64,000 nucleotides of DNA from an uncultured Bacilli bacterium (GCA_934155645.1 CAKPHC010000005.1:75819-139818), one strand, 5' to 3'; shown: positions 1-8,134, counted from the first letter of the stretch. Notes: generated from the sequence alone by a model not told the origin. Translations and numbers: made by a program.

Positions 1-1
1 A

Positions 2-904
2 AGTTATGAGTTTACTGATATAGCTGGTCTTGTTAAAGGGGCATCATTAGGAGAAGGTTTAGGTAATAAATTTTTATCTCATATTAGAGAAGTAGACGCA
101 ATAGTAGAAGTTGTTAGATGTTTTGACGATAATAACATAATACATGTTGAAAACACAGTTGACCCAATTAGGGATATAGAAATTATAAATTTGGAATTAA
201 TTCTATCTGACTTAGAAATTTTAACTAATAGAATTGATAAAATTAAAAAGAAAGCTGAAACTAACCGTGATAAAGAAGCGTTAGAAGAGTTGAATATTTT
301 AAAAAAAGCAAAAGATAATTTAGAAAAGAATATTCCATTACGTTTAATTGAATTTAGTGAAGAAGAAATGAATGTATTAAGTAGTTTTGCTTTCTTAACA
401 ATAAAACCTATGATTTATCTTGCTAATGTCTCTGAAGATGATGTAGCAAAAGAGGATAATGATTATGTGAAGAAAGTAAAAGAATATGCTTCTAAAGAGA
501 ATTCAAAAGTAATCAAAATGTGCGCAAAGTTAGAATCAGAATTAAGTGAATTGAACGACGATGATAAAAAAGAAATGCTAAATGCGGTAGGAATTGAAGA
601 AAGTGGACTTGATAAATTAATTAAGGAAACCTATGACCTTCTTGGTCTTGCAACATATTTCACCGTAGGTAGTGACGAAGTAAGAGCATGGACATTTAAA
701 AAGGGAATGAATGCTAAAAAATGTGCTGGAATAATCCACACTGATTTTGAAAAAGGATTTATCAAAGCTGAAGTTATGAGCTATGATGATTTGATAAAAT
801 ACGGAAGTGAACAAAAGGTAAAAGAAGCAGGACGTGCTCGACTTGAAGGAAAAGATTATATTATGCAAGATGGAGATATATGTTATTTTAGATTCAATGT
901 TTAA
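2..904 (+). CDS. ychF: ribosome-binding ATPase YchF (Obg-like GTPase family), C-terminal ~300 aa; 5' end lies outside the window
   Basis: Reading frame is open from position 2 (…EFTDIAGLVKGASLGEGLGNKFLSHIREVDAIVEVVRCF…), ahead of the first in-frame ATG at 191. Conserved YchF central region and TGS-like C-terminus (…FTVGSDEVRAWTF…GFIKAEVMSYDDL…). Confidence 0.85.
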   Translation, partial: SYEFTDIAGLVKGASLGEGLGNKFLSHIREVDAIVEVVRCFDDNNIIHVENTVDPIRDIEIINLELILSDLEILTNRIDKIKKKAETNRDKEALEELNILKKAKDNLEKNIPLRLIEFSEEEMNVLSSFAFLTIKPMIYLANVSEDDVAKEDNDYVKKVKEYASKENSKVIKMCAKLESELSELNDDDKKEMLNAVGIEESGLDKLIKETYDLLGLATYFTVGSDEVRAWTFKKGMNAKKCAGIIHTDFEKGFIKAEVMSYDDLIKYGSEQKVKEAGRARLEGKDYIMQDGDICYFRFNV

Positions 905-930
905 TATTAATTGATAAAGGAGAATTTGAT

Positions 931-1608
931 ATGAATCAGCCAAATCGAATTGAAATTAAAGAAAGAGCTAAAAAGCTTATAAAAGGGAATATTTGGAATC
1001 TATTAAAACCATGGTTAATAGCTTATGTAATAGAACTTGTGGTAGCTATCATAAATACATTTTTCTTTACTAAATCTGTAGCTTGCCCACTTGATATGCC
1101 ATTTGCAACGAGATGTACTGAAGCAACAGCTATGAGTACACTGGTTCAAATAGCATTGTCCCTTGCATCAATAGTATTTATCTTTGGTTTTATTAGATAT
1201 GTATTAAAATTTGCACGAGGCGAACAATATAGTGTTAAGGAAGATTTGTTTTATTACTTTAAAAATGATTTAGGTGTTGTATTATTAACAGGTATTTTAA
1301 CTTCAATTCTTATTACAGCGTGGTCACTACTTTTGGTTATACCTGGTATTATTGCAGCAATAAGTTACTCAATGGTATTTTACTTGAAAGTAGATACAGA
1401 TAAAACTGGTATGGATTTGATTGATGAAAGTAAAAAGATGATGCAAGGTCATAAGGCAGATTATTTTGTCTTTGTGCTAAGTTTCTTTGGATGGGCAATT
1501 TTAGGTGGACTTACCTTTGGATTAGCATATATTTATGTAATTCCATATATTAGTGTTTCACAAGCTTTATATTATGAAGAAATAAAAAAGATTAATAGTA
1601 ATAATTAA
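931..1608 (+). CDS. integral membrane protein, DUF975-like (multi-pass, unknown function)
   Basis: 225-aa ORF with RBS and several hydrophobic helices. Overall composition resembles the DUF975 membrane family. Confidence 0.45.
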   Translation: MNQPNRIEIKERAKKLIKGNIWNLLKPWLIAYVIELVVAIINTFFFTKSVACPLDMPFATRCTEATAMSTLVQIALSLASIVFIFGFIRYVLKFARGEQYSVKEDLFYYFKNDLGVVLLTGILTSILITAWSLLLVIPGIIAAISYSMVFYLKVDTDKTGMDLIDESKKMMQGHKADYFVFVLSFFGWAILGGLTFGLAYIYVIPYISVSQALYYEEIKKINSNN

Positions 1609-1634
1609 GGAACCAATTTGGTTCTTTTTTTTAT
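1609..1634 (+). terminator. rho-independent terminator (GGAACCAAATTGGTTCC + T8)
   Basis: Perfect hairpin AGGAACCAA/TTGGTTCT followed by a T-run directly after the stop codon. Confidence 0.7.
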
Positions 1635-1883
1635 AAAACTTTTGCATCCTATGAGTATGATAAGATGAGTAATCATTTATCCACTCTAAAGATAACAACA
1701 ATATATAATCTAATAAAATACATTTACCATGTTGAGATTTGGGACGAGGTGCATATTGGAAATAGAAATTGGTTGTCCGTTAAAGGTATCTTCATACTCA
1801 AACTTTAATATCATTTTCAGTGGTGATTCAAATTTTATCTTCGTTTTAAAAAGAAAAAAATCTCTTCTTTTTAGTTTCTCATA

Positions 1884-1918
1884 TTGACAAAAATGTCGGA
1901 AAAAGATATTATTAATTT
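1884..1918 (+). promoter_or_regulatory. sigma-A-type promoter for the surface-protein operon (TTGACA-17-TATTAT)
   Basis: ttgacaaaaatgtcggaaaaagatattat has a -35 TTGACA and a -10 TATTAT with 17-nt spacing, about 30 nt upstream of the RBS AGGAGGA of the 1942 ORF. Confidence 0.45.
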
Positions 1919-1941
1919 ATAAGATAATAGGAGGATAAGAA

Positions 1942-2784
1942 GTGAAAAAGAGTTTATTAAAGTTTTTAGTAGGAATTTTTGTATTTGCTATTGGAATAAC
2001 AGTTAATGCTGAAGGAACTACTAGTATACCAAATCTTGAAAATGGTGAAGGAAGTACAAATGGAACAGTATCTGTTGGTAGTGTAGAAACGCCTATATAC
2101 AATGTTAACATTTATTGGTCTGATTTATCATTTGACTGGACTTATGATAGTGATAGTGCTGATTATAGTTGGACACCTACTAAAATCTGTAGTCCTTATG
2201 AAGCTTCTAATGTTTCAGCTACTGGTAAAACTATTTATAGTGATAAAAATTGTACTGAAATAGCTAATAACGTCGGTGAAGAAAGTGGCACTCCAAAATA
2301 TTATTTAGATTCACGTGATTCTGTATTTTTTAATATTGAAGACTCTTCAGAACATGGTCAAATAGTTCCATCTGTTAAATGGAATGCTGCTAGTAATTAT
2401 AGTTATGTAGATGCGAAGTTTACAGTTTACGAAGATTTTTGTGTAGCTGTACCAAATGAAAACGTTTATGATGTAGCTGTTAATTATGGCATTTATTCAG
2501 ATTCCACTTGTGCTACAGAAACAACCCCTTCTGGATATGTAGAAAATAAGTATTATACTTTTGCACGTAAACCAGTCGTACTTACAACAGAAGAATTACC
2601 TGATTCCGTAAGAGTATCTGCTACTGGTGATAGTACAGAGATAGACGGATTAACTTTTGTTAAGCGTGATTATAGAAATAACTATAGAGTTGATTTTGTA
2701 CTTGTAAATAAATCTACACCAACTGCTACACCAACTGCTGGTGATCAAATTGGTACAATCACCGTTTCTGTTAGAGCTAAATAG
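1942..2784 (+). CDS. secreted protein (signal peptide, no anchor), unknown fold; paralogous N-terminal motif shared with 3428..3895
   Basis: GTG start with AGGAGGA RBS. Signal peptide MKKSLLKFLVGIFVFAIGITVNA. Motif VSVGSVETPIYNVNIYWSDLSFDWTYD is shared with the ORF at 3428. Thr/Pro-rich C-terminal segment. Confidence 0.6.
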   Translation: MKKSLLKFLVGIFVFAIGITVNAEGTTSIPNLENGEGSTNGTVSVGSVETPIYNVNIYWSDLSFDWTYDSDSADYSWTPTKICSPYEASNVSATGKTIYSDKNCTEIANNVGEESGTPKYYLDSRDSVFFNIEDSSEHGQIVPSVKWNAASNYSYVDAKFTVYEDFCVAVPNENVYDVAVNYGIYSDSTCATETTPSGYVENKYYTFARKPVVLTTEELPDSVRVSATGDSTEIDGLTFVKRDYRNNYRVDFVLVNKSTPTATPTAGDQIGTITVSVRAK

Positions 2785-2829
2785 TGTTTGAATTAAATTT
2801 GCTCATAAAGACAATTTATATTTGATAGT

Positions 2830-2860
2830 ATAAGGTGGATTTATGTCCACCTTATTTTTA
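2830..2860 (+). terminator. intra-operon stem-loop/attenuator (TAAGGTGGA-TTTATG-TCCACCTTA + T-run)
   Basis: Perfect 9-bp stem followed by TTTTTAT, between the first and second genes of the cluster. Confidence 0.55.
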
Positions 2861-2872
2861 TAGGAGGGTTGT

Positions 2873-3418
2873 ATGAAAAAAGAAAATAATGACAAAAAAC
2901 GAAAAGAAGGGAAAAAAGCTAAAGTAATATATATTTTTTTGATTTTATTGATTATTTTATGTAGTGTCTTAATAGTTTGCCTTCTTCGAAAAGAAGAAAA
3001 GACTTTAATACCTGATTATGCTCCTGGTACAATTGATGTTAATGCTATTAAAGAACAAGATAATGGTAAGAAGATGGATGTGTCTAATGGTGGAGGAGCC
3101 GTAAGTATCTCTTATTCTAATATCGTTGAAGTTAATAACAAAAATAAGAAAATAAAGATGTATTTTAAGAATCCCAGTTCTTCTAGAGAATCAATTATTT
3201 TAGAATTATTAATTATTAATGGAGAAAAAGAATATTTAATTGGAAAGACAGACTTATTACCACCGGGGTATGCTTTATATAATATGAATCTAGATACCGA
3301 TGTTAAGTTACCAAAAGGAGGATATAAAGGTATATTTAGAACAACTTATTACAGTGAGGAAACTGGGGAAAAAGAAATTGTTAATTCAGAAATAGAAATA
3401 TCAATCGAGGTTAAATAG
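2873..3418 (+). CDS. type-II membrane-anchored protein (Lys-rich N-tail, one TM, ~140-aa extracytoplasmic domain); paralog of 3905..4384
   Basis: MKKENNDKKRKEGKKAK, then the hydrophobic helix VIYIFLILLIILCSVLIVCLL, then a beta-rich domain. The motif pattern (…IG.T.L…G…VKL..G.Y.G…) is shared with the 3905 ORF. Confidence 0.55.
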   Translation: MKKENNDKKRKEGKKAKVIYIFLILLIILCSVLIVCLLRKEEKTLIPDYAPGTIDVNAIKEQDNGKKMDVSNGGGAVSISYSNIVEVNNKNKKIKMYFKNPSSSRESIILELLIINGEKEYLIGKTDLLPPGYALYNMNLDTDVKLPKGGYKGIFRTTYYSEETGEKEIVNSEIEISIEVK

Positions 3419-3427
3419 GAGTTTTGT

Positions 3428-3895
3428 ATGAAAAGAAAAATTTTTGTTATTTCTTTAATAATATTTAGCTGTTTATTTGTAGATGTTTATGCCTTAAAGG
3501 AAGATGAATCAACATCCGCAAGTGTTAAAGTTGGTAATGTTGATGCTCCTATTTATAGCGTCGATGTAACATGGGGAAAAATGGAATTTACATATACAGA
3601 ACAAATTAATTATGTATGGGATGATATTAATCATACATATGATTTGGGAGAATCAACATATAGGTGGGCTGCTAAAGACAATTATGTTGATGTTAATAAT
3701 CATTCGTATGATGCCATTAGTGTTGAACTAGAATATGTTAGTTTAGAAGAAAGTGTGGACGGAGTTTTTAATATATCTAAGACAACAATAGATAGTAGAT
3801 CTAATAATCGTTTTACTTTAACTTTAGAAGGAAGATTAAAAGATTCTGGTTTAGAATATATTAAAGTTTGTTCTATTAATTTAAAATTATCGTAG
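3428..3895 (+). CDS. small secreted protein, paralog of the N-terminal domain of 1942..2784
   Basis: Signal peptide MKRKIFVISLIIFSCLFVDVYA. VKVGNVDAPIYSVDVTWGKMEFTYTE aligns with the 1942 ORF. Only 9-nt spacing from the upstream gene. Confidence 0.55.
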   Translation: MKRKIFVISLIIFSCLFVDVYALKEDESTSASVKVGNVDAPIYSVDVTWGKMEFTYTEQINYVWDDINHTYDLGESTYRWAAKDNYVDVNNHSYDAISVELEYVSLEESVDGVFNISKTTIDSRSNNRFTLTLEGRLKDSGLEYIKVCSINLKLS

Positions 3896-3904
3896 GGGGA
3901 ATTT

Positions 3905-4384
3905 ATGAAAAATAATAAGTTATTGATAATACTTTGTACTATATTAGTTTTTTTTATAGGAATTATATGTTTTTTAATAATTGATATAAAAAATAAAGAA
4001 ACTTTTAAAAAGATTGATTTTGATAAAAATACTTTAGTTGAAATTCCCGATAATATTGTATATGAAAATTCAGTTTTGAATATTGTAGAAGGGTATTCGA
4101 TATATATTAGTCCTTCTCCTAAAATTGTTAAAGATAACTATTTAAAAATAGATTTTATATCTCTTGATACTAATGATATATGGATAAAAGTCAGAATATT
4201 AGATGAAAAAGATAGTATTATAGGCGAAACTGGTTTAGTAAAAGCAGGTGAATACTTAGAAAAAGTTAAAGTAACAAGAAATGTTAAAGTTGGTGATAAG
4301 ATTACATATAAAATAATGGGATATGAAATCGATAGTTATTTAAGTGCGGGTTCAGTTAGTTTGAATACAAGGATTGGTGAGTAA
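3905..4384 (+). CDS. type-II membrane-anchored protein, paralog of 2873..3418
   Basis: N-terminal TM LLIILCTILVFFIGIICFLII, then an extracytoplasmic beta-rich domain. Stop overlaps the next start (TAATG). Confidence 0.55.
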   Translation: MKNNKLLIILCTILVFFIGIICFLIIDIKNKETFKKIDFDKNTLVEIPDNIVYENSVLNIVEGYSIYISPSPKIVKDNYLKIDFISLDTNDIWIKVRILDEKDSIIGETGLVKAGEYLEKVKVTRNVKVGDKITYKIMGYEIDSYLSAGSVSLNTRIGE

Positions 4385-5229
4385 TGGAAAAGAAGTTGTT
4401 TTTAATAGCAATTTTATGTTTGTGTTTAATTAACTGTAAAGTTAATGCACAAAGTAAAGATATCGAGGCTAAATATGAAACTAGTTATAATGTAGAGTTG
4501 GTTTCTGTTCATCTGAATAATAATTCCAAATATTTCGTGATAGACAATTATGAGTTTGAAGTATCAACAACTACCAATAACATAGAAATAGTTATTATTA
4601 GAGCTAGTGGAGATGCTAGCAATTATGCTAAGAAATTTTCTGGTAGTAATGATAATTATTATTTAATAATCTATCAAAACGGTGAAAAAATTAATACAAG
4701 TAATGTTAGTATAAAGATTAATTCTACATCTAAAGTACTTAATGTATATAAAAATAATGGTAAACTCTTAGAAAAATCAAACGAAAAAATTAGTTTAACT
4801 GCTAATGATTATTTTTTTGTAATCACTGATACTATTGATATTGGTGAAAATAATTATGTAGTTACTGATAATGGCAATAGAGTTGATAATGTTGATGATA
4901 TTGAAATTAGTGATGACAGTGTTATAGAAATATATAATTCTAAAGATATTAAAGTAGATAATACAAGTGTTTTAGGCACTAACTATAAAGTAATTATTAC
5001 AACGGGAACAGAAGTCAAAAAATATGTAATTATCGTTAAAGGTGATACTACTGGTGATGGTAAAATAAACTTAAATGATATAACTAGACTTTACCATTAT
5101 TATAAGGGAATAGAACTAATGGATGAATGTTATGTTTTAGCAGGTGATGTTGCAAGAAATCAAATTATTAACTTAAACGATGTTACAAAATTATATCATT
5201 ATTATAAAAATATAATTACTAGTTTATAG
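4384..5229 (+). CDS. secreted dockerin-domain protein (signal peptide, beta-rich domain, C-terminal type-I dockerin)
   Basis: Signal peptide MEKKLFLIAILCLCLINCKVNA. The C-terminus has two F-hand-like repeats, DTTGDGKINLNDITRLYHYY and DVARNQIINLNDVTKLYHYY. Ca-ligand positions 1, 5, 9 and 12 are conserved. Confidence 0.65.
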   Translation: MEKKLFLIAILCLCLINCKVNAQSKDIEAKYETSYNVELVSVHLNNNSKYFVIDNYEFEVSTTTNNIEIVIIRASGDASNYAKKFSGSNDNYYLIIYQNGEKINTSNVSIKINSTSKVLNVYKNNGKLLEKSNEKISLTANDYFFVITDTIDIGENNYVVTDNGNRVDNVDDIEISDDSVIEIYNSKDIKVDNTSVLGTNYKVIITTGTEVKKYVIIVKGDTTGDGKINLNDITRLYHYYKGIELMDECYVLAGDVARNQIINLNDVTKLYHYYKNIITSL

Positions 5230-5237
5230 GTGATGGT

Positions 5238-7400
5238 ATGAAGAAATTTTTATTGTTGGTAATTGGTATTATTTTAATGCCTTCATGTGTATTCGCTTCT
5301 GATAATAGTGTTTATATTGGTTGTGAAGGAATTAAATATAAAACTAATGACGAAATAAAGTGCAATATTTATGTTGACGTTGATTTTATAGTAACCAGTG
5401 TATCGGGTAAAATATTATTAGATGATAATTTAGAATTAGTAAGTTCTTCATATGATAATGATAATTGGCTAATGTTAGATGAAAATTTTAGTGTAGAAAG
5501 TATAAACTTAATCAGTGAAAATAAAAAAGAAAGAGATAATTTTATTATTGCATCTTTTGTTATTAAAGCAATTAATAAAGAAGACATTAGTGCCTCTAAA
5601 ATATCTTTTGATGATGTTGTACTTGGTGATGAAAACTACGAAGAACATGAAATAGTTGCAGATAGTTTTGATTTGAATTTAGAGTATAAAAGCAATAATA
5701 ATATATTCGTAGTTTTATTATTTGCCTTTTTAGTTATGGTAGTAATTTATTTAGTAAATAAAGAAGATAATAAAAATAAGAAAAATAAAGTAGGAATTAT
5801 TATATTAGTATTATTTTTATTTTTGATACCAGACTGTGTCTTAGCAAGTAATGATATTAATATTAGTTGTGATAAAACAAAACTTAATAGTAATGAAGAA
5901 ACAAGTTGTAGTTTATCAGTTAGTAATTTAGATTTTGTACCGACTGATATAGCAGGAACGGCTAAAGTTGGTAATTATTTATCAATAGTTAGTTCATCAT
6001 ATGATAAAAGTAATTGGACATCTTTTGATTCTAATTTTAGTGTTAGTGATATTAACTTGATACGTCAAAGCAAAGACAAAGTTAGTAGTTTTACAATAGC
6101 TACTTTTAGGGTTAAAGCTAGTAGTGGTGCTGTTGGTAGCAGTACAATTAGTTTTAATAATATAGTTATGGGTGATGATAATTATAATAGTGTTTCTTTA
6201 GGAAATAAATCTATTAATGTTAGTTTTAATTCCAGCAATAATTATTTGAACTCTTTAATTGTAAGTGAAGGAAATGTTGATTTTTCAAAAGATAAGACGA
6301 ACTATTCCTTGACAGTGGATAGTGATAGTATTGTTGTTAGTGCTACAGCAGCAGATAGCAAAGCTAAGATTAGTGGTACTGGTAAAATAAATTTATTATA
6401 TGGAGAAAATATAATTAATGTAGTTGTAACAGCAGAAGATGGTAGTAAAAAAACATATACATTAAGAATTACTAGAAAAGATAATCGTAGTACCAATAAT
6501 TATTTAAAGAGTTTATCATTGTCTTGTGGTAATTTAAATTTTAATAAGAATATTAATAACTATAATATAGAAGTTGATGGTGATATTAGCAAAGTTATTA
6601 TTACAGCTAGTCTAGAAGATTCTAAAGCTAAGTTTGTTAATAGTTTTGGACCTAGAAGTGTTAATTTAAATTATGGAACAAATAAGATTTTAATTAAAGT
6701 ATTAAGTGAAAACGAAATAGAAAAAGTTTATACCTTAAATATAACAAGAAAAGATAATCGTAGTAGTGATACATCTTTAAAAAGCATTACTATTAGTTCT
6801 GGTAAGATAAATTTTAATAAAGATAAGTTATCATATAATGTTAATGTAAATAATAATATTAAAAAGATTAAAATTACAGCAGAAGCAAATAATTCAAAAA
6901 GTTTAGTCGAAATAGAAGGAAGCCAACAATTAGAAGTTGGAGAAAATATTTTTATAATTAAAGTAATCGCAGAAAACGGAAACATACAAGAATACAAAAT
7001 AGTTGTTAATCGCGAAAAGAAAATCACTATTACTGACAATAATAAATTAACTAATATAGAAATCAAAAATCATGAAATAAATTTTTCTAGTAATTTATAT
7101 GAATATACTGTGAAAACAAAAAATTCTAAGCTAGATATCATAGTAACACTTGCTTCAGAAGAATCAACATATGTGATAAACGGCAATGATAATTTAGAAG
7201 ACGGAAGTATTATTTCAATAGTTGTTACTGATAAAGATGATAATCATAATATTTATAAGATTTATATAGAAAAAATTCATGAAATAAATATATATTTAAT
7301 ATTATTTATAATTTCACTAGTATTAAATATTTTATTAATTTTAGTAATAATTTATTTATTGATTAAGAGAAACAAAAAAAATAAGATTGGGAAAGAATAG
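5238..7400 (+). CDS. membrane-anchored scaffoldin-like surface protein: signal peptide, cohesin-like domain 1, TM-loop-TM hairpin, cohesin-like domain 2, 4 cadherin-like beta-sandwich repeats, C-terminal TM anchor
   Basis: Domain signatures:
- Both N-terminal domains fit the cohesin pattern (…DFIVTSVSGKILLDDNLELVSSSYD…FIIASFVIKA…ISFDDVVLGDENY and …DFVPTDIAGTAKVGNYLSIVSSSYD…FTIATFRVKAS…ISFNNIVMGDDNY).
- Four ~85-aa repeats match the Cadherin-like beta-sandwich (PF12733) pattern (NYL.SL.vS.G.l.F…Y.v.V…v.vtA….a…G…L..GeN.i.i.V.aEdG…Y.l.itR).
- C-terminal TM plus a KRNKKNK tail. Confidence 0.65.
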   Translation: MKKFLLLVIGIILMPSCVFASDNSVYIGCEGIKYKTNDEIKCNIYVDVDFIVTSVSGKILLDDNLELVSSSYDNDNWLMLDENFSVESINLISENKKERDNFIIASFVIKAINKEDISASKISFDDVVLGDENYEEHEIVADSFDLNLEYKSNNNIFVVLLFAFLVMVVIYLVNKEDNKNKKNKVGIIILVLFLFLIPDCVLASNDINISCDKTKLNSNEETSCSLSVSNLDFVPTDIAGTAKVGNYLSIVSSSYDKSNWTSFDSNFSVSDINLIRQSKDKVSSFTIATFRVKASSGAVGSSTISFNNIVMGDDNYNSVSLGNKSINVSFNSSNNYLNSLIVSEGNVDFSKDKTNYSLTVDSDSIVVSATAADSKAKISGTGKINLLYGENIINVVVTAEDGSKKTYTLRITRKDNRSTNNYLKSLSLSCGNLNFNKNINNYNIEVDGDISKVIITASLEDSKAKFVNSFGPRSVNLNYGTNKILIKVLSENEIEKVYTLNITRKDNRSSDTSLKSITISSGKINFNKDKLSYNVNVNNNIKKIKITAEANNSKSLVEIEGSQQLEVGENIFIIKVIAENGNIQEYKIVVNREKKITITDNNKLTNIEIKNHEINFSSNLYEYTVKTKNSKLDIIVTLASEESTYVINGNDNLEDGSIISIVVTDKDDNHNIYKIYIEKIHEINIYLILFIISLVLNILLILVIIYLLIKRNKKNKIGKE
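6231..7275 (+). repeat. four tandem ~255-270-bp coding repeats (cadherin-like domain units) inside the scaffoldin gene
   Basis: Repeat boundaries are marked by the recurring DNA strings agaaaagataatcgtagta (6471, 6741) and the protein motif ITRKDNRS. Confidence 0.6.
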
Positions 7401-7423
7401 ACAAATCTATTTTTTTTTATATA

Positions 7424-7460
7424 AAAATACCCCTAACTTTAATGTTAAAGGTATTAATAA
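7424..7460. terminator. bidirectional terminator between convergent genes
   Basis: AATACCCCTAAC…GTTAAAGGTATT imperfect hairpin in an AT-rich context, flanked by T-runs on both strands. Confidence 0.4.
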
Positions 7461-7465
7461 ATTAA

Positions 7466-8134
7466 TTATTTAAACTGAGCAGCGTTGTTATTTAAGACAG
7501 TTTCTTGAGAATGCATTTGATAATTTTGAATATCATTTAATTGATGAACACTATTTACAACTGCTTGTTGCTCATCGAGTGTTGTTTTTGCAACTGTTCT
7601 CAATGAGTGGTTTAAAAATAAATCCACTTCTTCAGATAATGAAGAATAGGTAGCACCGTTTTTATATCTAAATTGTTTTTCCTCTGCTACACCATACTTA
7701 TCATAAATTTTATTACCCAACTCATTAATTGTTCTTTTAGTAAAATCTCCAAAATAACTAGATTTTTTACCATCTTTTAATTCTTCTATTAGATTATCTA
7801 CCATTTGATATTTATTTCTTGCCACATCACCAATATCAGGGCGAAGATTTCCTTCACTACTGACAAGTTCATCTAAAACAACTTCGGTAGCTTTATCAAA
7901 AACATCGGCATATCGAATAGCACCATATTCGTAATTTTTCTTTAAAATTGGAATAATTTCTTTAGGTGATAGTTCATAACCCTCTCTTTTAGTTATTTTG
8001 CATATTGTAAAACTCAAATCTTCCAATTCGTTCATACGACGCATATTATCAGGGTTAATTTCCCTTTTCATAGATTCATCTAAAGCTCTATATGAATCAG
8101 TATAACTTCTTAATACTTGTAATTCTTCATCCAT
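7466..8134 (-). CDS. hypothetical cytoplasmic protein (no recognisable family)
   Basis: ORF with a good RBS (GGAGG, 9 nt) at Met14 of the six-frame ORF (MDEELQVL…). No TM segments or motifs recognised. Confidence 0.45.
   Translation of the reverse strand: MDEELQVLRSYTDSYRALDESMKREINPDNMRRMNELEDLSFTICKITKREGYELSPKEIIPILKKNYEYGAIRYADVFDKATEVVLDELVSSEGNLRPDIGDVARNKYQMVDNLIEELKDGKKSSYFGDFTKRTINELGNKIYDKYGVAEEKQFRYKNGATYSSLSEEVDLFLNHSLRTVAKTTLDEQQAVVNSVHQLNDIQNYQMHSQETVLNNNAAQFK

Noticed and set aside
617-943. Minus-strand ORFs of 60-160 aa overlapping well-supported + strand genes, for example 617..943, 5369..5587, 6302..6496, 6728..7066, 14786..15163, 38216..38563, 58954..59445 and 59436..59708.
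   Set aside because: They lie entirely antisense to conserved genes (ychF, the scaffoldin, lysS, rplJ/rplL, the SPFH protein and others). They lack RBSs and have the low-complexity composition expected from AT-rich antisense frames.
2928-3956. T7-T8 homopolymer tracts inside surface-protein coding regions (2934-2940 and 3948-3955), considered as possible slipped-strand phase-variation switches.
   Set aside because: Runs of 7-8 T/A are frequent throughout this ~28% GC sequence, including in housekeeping genes. There is no evidence they are special.
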